64,000 bases of DNA. Origin: a virus. Taxonomy: Duplodnaviria > Caudoviricetes. A program made the position numbers and the translations under genes. Under the pieces are notes generated by a model. The model did not search any database, was not told the origin of the DNA, and was given only the letters and a program-made list of their open reading frames with translations. Numbering within the stretch: the first letter of the stretch is position 1; the number at the start of each line of letters is the position of its first letter. This document shows positions 10,436-19,809 of the stretch, one piece after another. The stretch covers positions 1-64,000 of the IMG/VR virus record IMGVR_UViG_3300027628_000010. One strand, written 5' to 3'.

Positions 10436-10960
10436 ATGTCATTTTTAAAGCATTTACTTCCGGGATGGCGTAGAAGTATGGAAGATAAATCAAAAGCCAA
10501 TGCAGCCATTCTAGATGCCTTAGACAGGGAGTTACAGAGTACAGAGCAGGATACAATCGAAACAAAGGCTCTACTGTCTCTTGACTCCTCTTCTGAGGAG
10601 TGGCTAGATCAGTACGGAAAACTATTTGGAGTAATGAGACAGGATAACGAAGCAGACGCAAACTATCGACAACGTATCAAAGACTATATGGTTCTTCGTA
10701 GAGGGAGTATCCCAGCAATCATTGACGCTATCCGATCTTTCCTACAGGATTATGAATCAGACATAGAAATTTACGAGCCTTATACGAATGTATTTATCTT
10801 AGGGCAATCTAAATTAAGCGGTCCCGATCATTTTCTAGGGGAATACTACACAGTAGCAGTTATCGATGTTAAATTCTCTCAACCATTCCCAGAGGGGATT
10901 ATCGATATTATTAACGAGTTTAAGCCGGCAGGTGTAACCGTACATGTATCAAGATCGTAG
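10436..10960 (+). CDS. Baseplate wedge protein (P2 gpI-like), short form
   Basis: WLDQYGKLFGVMR..NE.DANYRQRI...RRGS...INEFKPAGV, after baseplate J. Confidence 0.75.
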   Translation: MSFLKHLLPGWRRSMEDKSKANAAILDALDRELQSTEQDTIETKALLSLDSSSEEWLDQYGKLFGVMRQDNEADANYRQRIKDYMVLRRGSIPAIIDAIRSFLQDYESDIEIYEPYTNVFILGQSKLSGPDHFLGEYYTVAVIDVKFSQPFPEGIIDIINEFKPAGVTVHVSRS

Positions 10961-10984
10961 GAGCCATTAACAAGGCTCCTTTTT
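10959..10984 (+). terminator. Intrinsic terminator
   Basis: AGGAGCC-ATTAACAA-GGCTCCT followed by TTTT. Confidence 0.65.
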
Positions 10985-11018
10985 ATTGTATGGTATAATA
11001 AAGTTATGAACTAGGTAC

Positions 11019-11028
11019 TGTTATATTA
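11019..11028 (+). promoter_or_regulatory. Putative late promoter TGTTATATTA
   Basis: Exact match to the late-promoter consensus reported for Twort/K-like phages; upstream of a structural gene. Confidence 0.65.
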
Positions 11029-11059
11029 GTAATATACATAAACGAAGGAGTGGAACGAA

Positions 11060-14000
11060 TTGGCAGAAGTGAACTTAAATGAACCTCCATACAATGATCG
11101 ATTTGACCCGGAGAAAAACTATAATAAAATTCTATTTAAACCAGATACAGCATTGCAACCTTCAGAACTAAATGAGATGCAATCAATTAAAGATAATGAC
11201 TTACGACAACTTGGAGACAGCATCTTCTCAGATGGAGCTATGCAAACAGGTATGTCTTTCTCAATTGATTCAACTGCAAAGACATTGACTGTTGAAGATG
11301 GGCGTGTATATCTAGCAGGTAAAATCCGTGAATTTAAAAAGCAATCTATTCCATTTACAAGTGTAGGAAATGAAAAGATCGGTGTTAAAGTAATGCAGAC
11401 TATCGTTACATCGGACGATGATGAGACATTATTAGACCCTTCTCAGAACACACCTAACTATTTATCAGAAGGTGCAGACCGTTTGGTAGAAACTGTAGCA
11501 CTTACAATCAATGACGATAGCTCTCCTACTATTTACGAATTTAACGATGGGGCGCTATTCGTAGAACCAGCTCGACCAGAATTTACAATGATTAACGATG
11601 TATTGGCACAACGTACATACGAAGAATCCGGCTCTTACCAAGTAGAAGGATTTAAAATGTGGACAGAGAAAAGCCAAGACAATACGAAAGTAGATTTAGT
11701 CATTGACCGAGGAATTGGTTACGTACTAGGTTACCGTATTTCTAAACCTACGTCTACTCGTATTCCATTAAACAAATCTACAGAGTTTAAAAACGTTGCT
11801 CAAGAAACATATTCATATGATACAAACGTTCGTAAGAACCAAATCAGCAGCGCATACGTAAAAGAAGTTAAGCAAGTAATGGCACGTACTCTAAGCCCTA
11901 CAGGTGGAGTTACAATGGCTAAAGGTAGTGCAGGTGGACGAGATGGCTTACCAGCCCAATACACAAGCGTAGACCCTTCTACAGCTATCCTTTGGACTAC
12001 TTCTCCAGAAGTTTACTACACATACGGAGCAGACTTTACACTGATTGAAGACAGCGGAGTAATGTATGTAAACTGGGACACAGGCTTAAATGGTAAAGAA
12101 CCTGCTACAGGTACTTCATACAAATTATCATTTGAGTATGACCGTGTAATGCAGAACAACGTAGATTACAAAGTTACTTCAGTTCCGATCGATGGAGTGG
12201 CTGGCTGGACTACAACAGTAGATTTTAACGGATTATCTGGACTTAAGCCAAAAGATAAAAGTTTAGTTCGTGTAAGTTACGACTACTACTTAGCTCGAGC
12301 AGATATTATCACACTTAATAGTGCTGGACAATTTACAGTTATCCAAGGGCAACCAGACCGTTCTAGCTTAGTTCAAGCACCAGATCATCATGACCCATTG
12401 ACATTGAAAATTGGAGAGGTATTTGTTTACCCTAACTCAGATTCAGCTACAGCTTTAAATAACGGTGTATTCCGCCTAACAATGCCACAGCTTGCTAACA
12501 TTAAAGACCGTTTAGAAAACGTAGAATATAACCAAGCTATCGAGGCATTAGAGAACAAAGCTATTGTAACAGATGACCCATTAAACCTACGTGGAGTATT
12601 TGCAGACGGTTTCGTTGACTTCTCTCGTATGGACCTTAACCTTTCTTCAGTAGCAATGTCATTTGATGATGCTAGCATCACGCTACAGGTTAATGCTCCG
12701 GCAGATCAGATGAGAGCGCCAGAGTTTTCTAGTAACGCTTCAGTAGCTGCATCTTGGGGAAGACTTATCACAGCCCCATACACAGAGGTTAAAGAGATTA
12801 CACAGCCATTAGCAACAGAGGCTATGAACATTAACCCGTATGCAGTTTACAATAAGCTAGGAGTGCTTAAGCTATCTCCGGGAGCCGATAACTGGATTGA
12901 AGAAACTAAGGTTACCGTAAATAGAGAAACAACAGAAACAGTTCGTATGGACCGCTGGTGGGCACACGGTAGACAAACTTCATACTACAAAGACCTTCGT
13001 AAGTATGTAGATAATGTCGAGCTAGACGGAAATCAAAGCTGGGATATGGGATTAGGTTATCAATACGATCTTAAGAACGGACGTACTGGTACTCTTACAG
13101 ACGTAGCTACAACAGTCCGAAATACAGCGATTGAATTTATTCGTCAACGTGATATTACATTTGCTGCTAGTAATCTACAGCCAATGTCTAATAACTTGTA
13201 CTTGACTTTTGACGGTATGCGTATTCCTGTAACTCCTACTGGCTCCACTGTAAAAGGTGCAGAGACAGGGACGATTATGGCTAATGCAGCTGGTCAAGCA
13301 ACAGGTAAATTCACCATTCCAGCAGGTGTTCGTACAGGTATCCGTGAGGTAACTTTACAGAATGCTAGCAATATGGCTATCGCTACGTATACGGCTCAAG
13401 GGACATTGAAATCTACTGAAGAGGTTATTACAAAGACTCGAGTAACAATCAACCTGTATGACCCATTAGCTCAGTCATTTGTATTCCCACAAGATCGTGT
13501 AGTAACAAGCTTTGACGTATTCTTTGCTTCTAAGTCTACTACAGATAACATTATCATTCAAGTACGTGGATTATCAGAAGGTGGATTCCCGAACCAAACG
13601 GTATACGCAGAACGCATACTAACTCCTGCACAAGTTAAGACATCGGCAAATGCTTCTGTAGCAACAAAGGTAGCATTAGATGACCCGTTAATGTGTAAGG
13701 CTGGTCAAAGTTACGCTCTGGTAATGATTACAGACAGTAACGACTACACAGCTTGGATTAGTACGCTAGGACAAAACCGAGTAGATGCTCCAACACAAAA
13801 GGTAGTTTCTCAGCCTTACGTTAACGGTGTATTATTCAGTTCTTCTAATGCTCGTACATGGACAGTTCACCAAGAATCGGACCTTAAGTTTAATGTATAC
13901 ACAGCGCTGTTTAATGAAGATGCTGTAGTAGAGTTTAACTCAATGACCGATCTTAACTCTGATATGTTGCTGTTAATGGCTACTTACTTAACACCTGCAA

Positions 14001-14548
14001 ACACAGGATGTAAGTGGGAAATCAAGACGGTACCTAAATCGGATGTAGGGACTATATCTATCGATAGTGTTCCGTGGCAGCCGCTAGTAAACTACTTGGA
14101 GCAAACGACAGCAGGGACAGTTATCGGACTAGTTAAGCTTCGTGCAACATTCAAAGCTAATCGATATATCTCTCCAATGCTTACACTGGAAGATTTAACG
14201 TTTGTTAACTTCATTTCAGAAACGAGCGGAGACTACGTGTCACTAAATATCGATTCATCCGATGCACCATTCAATACGGTAACAATGTCTTACGATGCTT
14301 CATTGCCTGCTGGTACAACGGTAACGCCTAAGTACTCCCTAGATGGAGGACAGACATGGAACTCGTTCACTGCGGCTCCTACAGTGTCTGTACAGTCTAC
14401 AGAGTTTAGTCGCTATACGTTTACTAAGCAAGTTTCAACTACAGCTGTAAATAAGCAGCTTAAAGTTAAATTGGAACTTCGAGCAGATAATCGCTTCGTT
14501 CGACCACGGGTACGAAGATTTACAACTGTATTCAAAAATGAAGTTTAA
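11060..14548 (+). CDS. Large baseplate/adsorption protein (DUF4815-like)
   Basis: 1162 aa; NLNEPPYNDRFDP...ILFKP...LQPSELNEMQS; PLAQSF; size and position match the conserved Herelleviridae adsorption protein. Confidence 0.85.
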   Translation: MAEVNLNEPPYNDRFDPEKNYNKILFKPDTALQPSELNEMQSIKDNDLRQLGDSIFSDGAMQTGMSFSIDSTAKTLTVEDGRVYLAGKIREFKKQSIPFTSVGNEKIGVKVMQTIVTSDDDETLLDPSQNTPNYLSEGADRLVETVALTINDDSSPTIYEFNDGALFVEPARPEFTMINDVLAQRTYEESGSYQVEGFKMWTEKSQDNTKVDLVIDRGIGYVLGYRISKPTSTRIPLNKSTEFKNVAQETYSYDTNVRKNQISSAYVKEVKQVMARTLSPTGGVTMAKGSAGGRDGLPAQYTSVDPSTAILWTTSPEVYYTYGADFTLIEDSGVMYVNWDTGLNGKEPATGTSYKLSFEYDRVMQNNVDYKVTSVPIDGVAGWTTTVDFNGLSGLKPKDKSLVRVSYDYYLARADIITLNSAGQFTVIQGQPDRSSLVQAPDHHDPLTLKIGEVFVYPNSDSATALNNGVFRLTMPQLANIKDRLENVEYNQAIEALENKAIVTDDPLNLRGVFADGFVDFSRMDLNLSSVAMSFDDASITLQVNAPADQMRAPEFSSNASVAASWGRLITAPYTEVKEITQPLATEAMNINPYAVYNKLGVLKLSPGADNWIEETKVTVNRETTETVRMDRWWAHGRQTSYYKDLRKYVDNVELDGNQSWDMGLGYQYDLKNGRTGTLTDVATTVRNTAIEFIRQRDITFAASNLQPMSNNLYLTFDGMRIPVTPTGSTVKGAETGTIMANAAGQATGKFTIPAGVRTGIREVTLQNASNMAIATYTAQGTLKSTEEVITKTRVTINLYDPLAQSFVFPQDRVVTSFDVFFASKSTTDNIIIQVRGLSEGGFPNQTVYAERILTPAQVKTSANASVATKVALDDPLMCKAGQSYALVMITDSNDYTAWISTLGQNRVDAPTQKVVSQPYVNGVLFSSSNARTWTVHQESDLKFNVYTALFNEDAVVEFNSMTDLNSDMLLLMATYLTPANTGCKWEIKTVPKSDVGTISIDSVPWQPLVNYLEQTTAGTVIGLVKLRATFKANRYISPMLTLEDLTFVNFISETSGDYVSLNIDSSDAPFNTVTMSYDASLPAGTTVTPKYSLDGGQTWNSFTAAPTVSVQSTEFSRYTFTKQVSTTAVNKQLKVKLELRADNRFVRPRVRRFTTVFKNEV

Positions 14549-14561
14549 GGAGTGGAACTAA

Positions 14562-14729
14562 ATGCCATTAGAGAAACGTGACCCGAGCTCTAAAGCACGG
14601 TTGTTTATTCCTACACAAAGAGAAAGGTCTCTGGTAGAATCTCAGAGACTTCTTAAAGAAAATCTAGCAGACGTAGAAGCTTTGAAAAAAGAGTTACAGG
14701 ATTTACTAGATAAAGCAAAAAAGAAGTAA
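14562..14729 (+). CDS. Small conserved baseplate-associated protein (55 aa; missing from ORF track)
   Basis: ATG 14562 after GGAGTGG; MPLEKRDPSSKARLFIPT...KAKKK*; same position as the ~52-aa gene after the adsorption protein in relatives. Confidence 0.75.
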   Translation: MPLEKRDPSSKARLFIPTQRERSLVESQRLLKENLADVEALKKELQDLLDKAKKK

Positions 14730-14798
14730 CTTTGGCTATATTATAGGGGAGAGAAATCTTCCCTATTTTTATTTATTTAAAGGATTGGAGGCAACATA

Positions 14799-15761
14799 AT
14801 GGGAAACGTACCCCTATTTAGAGATGACATATACCAGAATATGAAGGACCTTGCACCGCAACTTGCCCAAGACCTTGCAGCCCTAGAGTTACGTGTACAA
14901 AAAACTGAGAATCAGCAAGGGGCAGCAGTTAAAGAGATTTCATTAACAGGAGATAATACAAAGAGTACACCTGTACTGAATATCCTTTCTACTAGTACAA
15001 CCAAACAAGGAATCTTCGTAAAGCAGCAGGCTACAGGGACTGTTACTACACATGCGCTAACTGCGTACCAAGCCTCTTTAGCTGGGGATGCTTCAGCTAT
15101 TAACGCTGTATCAGACAACCCAACTTTCTCTGCTGTACAGATTACAGGTAAAGAGTTAGATAAAGGTACTCTGAAGATAGCTCACGTAGGTATGGCAAAT
15201 GGTACAGATGCAGCGGCAGCCGCTATCTCTATCGATTTAAAGACAGCAGGTACAGCAGCTCAAGGTATCTTCATTACAGCCACGCAAGGAGCTACTACAG
15301 GGAATCTACTTACAATCCGTAACAATGGACGAGAGGACCTTGTACTAAAGGCTAACGGTCGATTAGGATTAGGTATGGCAACGGGCGGAACGCCAAGCGG
15401 AGTACTAGAACTAGTGCAGCCAGACGATACAGTTCCGGGTCTAGTCATTAAAGGACGCACGAACGGAACTAACTTAATAGAGTTCCGCAGACCTAGTGAC
15501 GGTGCTACTCGTACCCGTGTAACAAACACAGGGCAATTTGTGACTCAAGAAACAGCTTACTATACAGGTAATGGTATAATGGTAGGAGGGTCTAGTGCTC
15601 AGTTTGGTGGTGGTAGTGTAGGTATTATCGGTATTACAAACGCTACAACTATTCCAAATACTAACCCTACTGGCGGTATTGTAATGTATGTAGAAGGTGA
15701 CGTACTTAAATACAGAAAGCCAGACGGAACTATTGTTACACTAAATGGCGCAACAGCATAA
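14799..15761 (+). CDS. Tailspike with phage hyaluronate-lyase-like (HylP, triple-stranded beta-helix) domain
   Basis: SAINAVSDNPTFSAVQITGKELDKGTLKIAH...AAAAISID...GTAAQGIFI...TTGNLLTIRN matches remembered HylP SALNITSANEGGSAMQIRGVEKALGTLKITH...NAAALSID...GTAAQGIYI...TTGKLLRIRN. Confidence 0.75.
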   Translation: MGNVPLFRDDIYQNMKDLAPQLAQDLAALELRVQKTENQQGAAVKEISLTGDNTKSTPVLNILSTSTTKQGIFVKQQATGTVTTHALTAYQASLAGDASAINAVSDNPTFSAVQITGKELDKGTLKIAHVGMANGTDAAAAAISIDLKTAGTAAQGIFITATQGATTGNLLTIRNNGREDLVLKANGRLGLGMATGGTPSGVLELVQPDDTVPGLVIKGRTNGTNLIEFRRPSDGATRTRVTNTGQFVTQETAYYTGNGIMVGGSSAQFGGGSVGIIGITNATTIPNTNPTGGIVMYVEGDVLKYRKPDGTIVTLNGATA

Positions 15762-15777
15762 CGGAGGGAAATATAAA

Positions 15778-15933
15778 ATGGAATTAAACTTTAAGCTTAG
15801 TCAAGTAGAGGCGCAGCAGATTTTAAATGTGTTAGCAAAACAACCATACGATCAGGTGTTTGAAGTTATCGGAAAAATCCAACAACAAGCAAATGAACAA
15901 ATCCAAGAAAAGGTAGAGACTGAAGAAAAGTAA
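15778..15933 (+). CDS. Small helical protein, possible fibre chaperone (51 aa)
   Basis: ATG 15778 after GGAGGG; lies between two RBP genes. Confidence 0.6.
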   Translation: MELNFKLSQVEAQQILNVLAKQPYDQVFEVIGKIQQQANEQIQEKVETEEK

Positions 15934-16000
15934 CGTTCTTCAGCTATATTAAAGGGAGAGCAATCTCCCTATTTTTATATTATAGATTGGAGGCAACAAA

Positions 16001-18148
16001 ATGTCAAATAAACCTCTTGATAGAGATAATATGTATTTTAACTTAAATGACCCAACAAGCGATATAATTCAAGCAATCGTAGAGACACAAAAAGATGTCA
16101 AAGACCTTAAAGGGTTAGGACTAGGTAATATTGATTTTGGCGCTTATGCTAAAACAGCTGATGTAGATAAAAAAGCGGATAAATCTACTGTAGGTAACCC
16201 TGTTAGTATGTTAAGCTCTTTTACCTTCGCCTCTGTTGAAGATTGGTTAAATGAGTTAGAGAGACGTTTAGCTGCTAATACTGTAGACCCTATGAGTAAG
16301 AAATACATGGCATCTGGTTCATTAAATGTCTATGCAGGTTCCATTGTTAATAATAGCAATAAGCTTACGATCACTACAAGCTCTCACGATTTCAAAGTCG
16401 GGCATGGTATCGCTATCCGTACAAACGATGGAGCTAAAGAAGTAGAGACTGTAAAAGTAACAGCTGGAGCAACAACTAGCGGAGATGTTACTCTCAAGTT
16501 AGATGGAGTTACACTAACAATTACTGTAGCAGCAGGAGATACAGCTATTCAGGTAGCAGATAAAATCCGCAATGTAGCTAACAATGGTAATGGAGGTACA
16601 GTCACTCAAACTCTTTCTGGTACTGGGTGGAGTGTAGATACTAATGCGACAGGTTCAACAGATACATTAACATTTACTCACGCTAACCAAGGGGTAAAAA
16701 CTAAAGCTACATTTAGTGCAGGCTCTACAGGCGTAGCAGCTACTGTAACTGTAACAACAGCAGGAGCTAACATCTCAGAGTTTATTTCTAAGATCACAGC
16801 AATTAACGGTACTCAGTTTACTCTTAGAGATACATACACAGGAGCTAACTTAGCCAGTAAACGATTAGAACATGATGATGACGAAGCGATCAACAATGCA
16901 ATTTCTGATGCAGCTGACAACTACGGAACTGGAGCTATTGGTGGAGTAGTTTCTCTACCAGCTTATAGATTCCCTATTCGTCAAACCAAAATTAAGCCCC
17001 GTGTTATGTTTAAAGGTACTGGGTATGGCTCACGCCTATGGCAAAGAGGAAACACAAATAAAGATGCTCTTGTCCTGAATACAACTAGTGACGAGATGTG
17101 TATTGTAAGTGATATTTCTATAGACGGACAGAAAAACTCACAATCTTCTGGTCGAGGTATTAAAGTGGATAATACGGGTGGAAGTGGATTCTCTTTCTAT
17201 GACCCTCTTCACGTAATCAATAATGTACTTATTATGAACACTAAAGGTGACGGGTTCGTTATGGGGGGAACTAGGGAAGCTCGAGTAACTAATGTGTTTG
17301 TATTCCAAGCAGACGGTCATGGTTTCCAGTTAACTTCTACAGATTGTTTCTTCACAAACTGTACGTCCGCAGGAGCAGGAATGAATGGGTTTAACCTGAA
17401 TGCACCTAACACTCGTTTTACATCTTGTAAAGCGTATGGCTCAGGTAGACTTGAAGCTAGTACCTCTGGAGATGGATTTTTAATCGGCGGTACTCGACAG
17501 TTACTTACTAACTGTGAAGCGCAGGATAACGGAAGACACGGTTTCGATTTATATGGCAGTACTGCAAACCGTGTAGTTAACTGTTTAGCTGATTCTAATG
17601 GTAATAGATTCACTGGTAATTCTGCTGGATTCTCATTTGGTGGAGGTTCGACATACAATGTAGTGGAGGGTACAGCACTTAACCGTACTAACTACCAATA
17701 CCAGAAGTACGCATTATCAATCAACAGTGATTGTACAAACAACAAAGTTGACTTAGTTAGCCCGAGCGGAACAGACATTGCTAATAAAAATGGAGACATT
17801 TACCCGGGACAAGGTGCAGGTAACACAATTGTTATCAATAACTTGCTAGGTAACCAAAGTATAGCTTATGCTGCTACTATTACTCCAGCTGTGTACGATG
17901 GAGGCACAGTGTTCATCACTTTAACAGGTAACGTTACGATTGCTAACACGGTAAATGGACGTTATCATCCGGGAGCAGTAATGCGACTTGTTTTAACTCA
18001 AGATGCTACAGGAGGGCGTACAATATCTTTCGGTAGCCAGTATAAAACAAACTGGACTCCTGATACAACAGCCGGAAAAGTAAATGTCATCGAGTTCATC
18101 CACAACGGAACAAACTGGGTACAAATTGCAGCTACGGTAGGTATTTAA
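16001..18148 (+). CDS. Tailspike / depolymerase with right-handed beta-helix (pectate-lyase-3-like)
   Basis: DDDEAINNAI...GGVVSLP entry motif, repeated GxG-F / NC.A beta-helix rungs, C-terminal TLTGNVTI...LTQDATGGRTISF domain. Confidence 0.8.
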   Translation: MSNKPLDRDNMYFNLNDPTSDIIQAIVETQKDVKDLKGLGLGNIDFGAYAKTADVDKKADKSTVGNPVSMLSSFTFASVEDWLNELERRLAANTVDPMSKKYMASGSLNVYAGSIVNNSNKLTITTSSHDFKVGHGIAIRTNDGAKEVETVKVTAGATTSGDVTLKLDGVTLTITVAAGDTAIQVADKIRNVANNGNGGTVTQTLSGTGWSVDTNATGSTDTLTFTHANQGVKTKATFSAGSTGVAATVTVTTAGANISEFISKITAINGTQFTLRDTYTGANLASKRLEHDDDEAINNAISDAADNYGTGAIGGVVSLPAYRFPIRQTKIKPRVMFKGTGYGSRLWQRGNTNKDALVLNTTSDEMCIVSDISIDGQKNSQSSGRGIKVDNTGGSGFSFYDPLHVINNVLIMNTKGDGFVMGGTREARVTNVFVFQADGHGFQLTSTDCFFTNCTSAGAGMNGFNLNAPNTRFTSCKAYGSGRLEASTSGDGFLIGGTRQLLTNCEAQDNGRHGFDLYGSTANRVVNCLADSNGNRFTGNSAGFSFGGGSTYNVVEGTALNRTNYQYQKYALSINSDCTNNKVDLVSPSGTDIANKNGDIYPGQGAGNTIVINNLLGNQSIAYAATITPAVYDGGTVFITLTGNVTIANTVNGRYHPGAVMRLVLTQDATGGRTISFGSQYKTNWTPDTTAGKVNVIEFIHNGTNWVQIAATVGI

Positions 18149-18153
18149 CATAG

Positions 18154-18175
18154 AGGCATCCGAAAGGGTGCCTTA
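18154..18175 (+). terminator. GAAA-loop hairpin (terminator or processing site)
   Basis: AGGCATCC-GAAA-GGGTGCCT; short T tail. Confidence 0.5.
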
Positions 18176-18211
18176 TCTATTATAGTCTAAACACAGATCG
18201 GAGGAAAATTA

Positions 18212-19453
18212 ATGTCAAATCCATTTAGAGATATTTTATACGGGAATATTGAGGACCCTACTCTTAAATTAGCGAAGTTAGAAGGAATCCTTTTAGGGTT
18301 GACACAGCAAGCCGCAACAACTGATATGCCTAGCGGAGAGATTAACGTAAAGAGCCCTCCTATCCCTATGGTAGGCTTAAAAGGTAATGGTGTTGAAGAG
18401 GGGGAAGCTATTAAAACACTTTTAAATAGTATCTCAACTAACTACACTAAAGCAACTGTTCGATTCCCTTATGGAACGTACAAGAGTAACCAAGGGCTTG
18501 TTTTACCTAATAACCTGAATGTACTTGGACAGAATTTATCAAAACTTGACTTTTCTGGTGCCCCTTCTGACGTGGTAGCTATTAAACGCTCTGGTTCCCG
18601 TGCTCGATTTGAGGATTTCGAAATCGTTGGAAATGGGTTTAATGATGGAATTAAAGTAGGTAAGTCATCTATTGGACTAGATGTATATGGAGATCACCAC
18701 GTCTTTAAGAATTTACTTATTAAAGATTTTGAAACTCTTATAGACATTGCTCACACGGCAACATACTTGAACGGGTTCGAGGATATTTTCCTAGCTAATA
18801 GTACCTATTGTCTGTATGCTGATCTTGCAGCACGAAACGCTACAAACGCAGGAGAACGTATCACATTTAAACGTACAACATTCTGTAACAGTAAACTTTG
18901 TGTACGTGCTGAGCTATCTGCTCTTGACATCTATTTTGAGGGTTGCTCATTCGATTACAGTTCTGAATTACTGAACGTAGGTAATGGTATTTATTCGTTT
19001 ACAAATTGCCATTTTGAAAACACTATCAACAACCCGAACCGTGGTTCTCAATCACTGAATGATTGGTTTGTTACTACAACAAGCGGAGCTAGCTTACTAT
19101 TTACAAATTGTCTGTTTGACCTATACGGAATGAAAGCAATTATCAATCCAAACTCTTCACTAGGTACGGCGATCTTCAAGAACTGCCGAGCATACTTCCT
19201 AGCAGGAGACGGGACAAATAAGAACTTACACAGTGAACATCCTGTATATGTTGATATTAACAAATCAGCAGTTAGTATTTATAGTCCATATGTTTCTAAG
19301 ATTACGTATGCTACTGTGTTAGGTGCAACGAACACTGACAAGAAACAGATTCCACTTGACATTACGGTAGCAACTGACCTAGTAAATTATAAATACGATG
19401 TAACATTTGCTACACCTACAGCTGAACGTACATGGATTAAAGTCATGTATTAA
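18212..19453 (+). CDS. Tailspike / receptor-binding protein with pectin-lyase-like beta-helix
   Basis: GNGVEEGEAIKTLL...VRFPYGTYK; repeated F.NC.F rungs. Confidence 0.7.
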   Translation: MSNPFRDILYGNIEDPTLKLAKLEGILLGLTQQAATTDMPSGEINVKSPPIPMVGLKGNGVEEGEAIKTLLNSISTNYTKATVRFPYGTYKSNQGLVLPNNLNVLGQNLSKLDFSGAPSDVVAIKRSGSRARFEDFEIVGNGFNDGIKVGKSSIGLDVYGDHHVFKNLLIKDFETLIDIAHTATYLNGFEDIFLANSTYCLYADLAARNATNAGERITFKRTTFCNSKLCVRAELSALDIYFEGCSFDYSSELLNVGNGIYSFTNCHFENTINNPNRGSQSLNDWFVTTTSGASLLFTNCLFDLYGMKAIINPNSSLGTAIFKNCRAYFLAGDGTNKNLHSEHPVYVDINKSAVSIYSPYVSKITYATVLGATNTDKKQIPLDITVATDLVNYKYDVTFATPTAERTWIKVMY

Positions 19454-19480
19454 AGACATCCGAAAGGGTGTCTTTTTTTT
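19453..19480 (+). terminator. Intrinsic terminator ending the structural module
   Basis: AAGACATCC-GAAA-GGGTGTCTT followed by a long T run. Confidence 0.8.
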
Positions 19481-19710
19481 GTCCTATTTTGAACCCTTGA
19501 TACATAAGGATTCCTGACAAATTACTGCACTATTTTGTCCTATTTTATTTATGACTACTCCCTATATATTTATTAATATAATTATATATAATATCTTAAT
19601 ATTAATAGCTTATATAATATTATATAAATAATAATTAAATATATATATATAATACAGACCAACTAAAATTATAATAGGCGCATTCAGGGCTAAAATGTGA
19701 CAAAAACATT
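19477..19710. other. Candidate replication origin (AT-rich core with flanking repeats)
   Basis: 19563-19654 is ~92 bp with only 3 G/C; TTTTGTCCTATTTT at 19477 and 19533; GACAAAA inverted copy at ~19699; directly upstream of helicase/Rep genes. Confidence 0.55.
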
Positions 19711-19809
19711 GATGTATCAGTAGTTAAAAATATGTCATACTACTAGCATTGTCTGTAACTTTATGGTATACTAGAGAAGTACATACAGAATAGGAGGAAT
19801 GGTTAAAAT

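Noticed and set aside
10436-11060. Frameshifted pseudogene of a long baseplate protein
   Set aside because: The stop is followed directly by a terminator and promoter; no continuing frame
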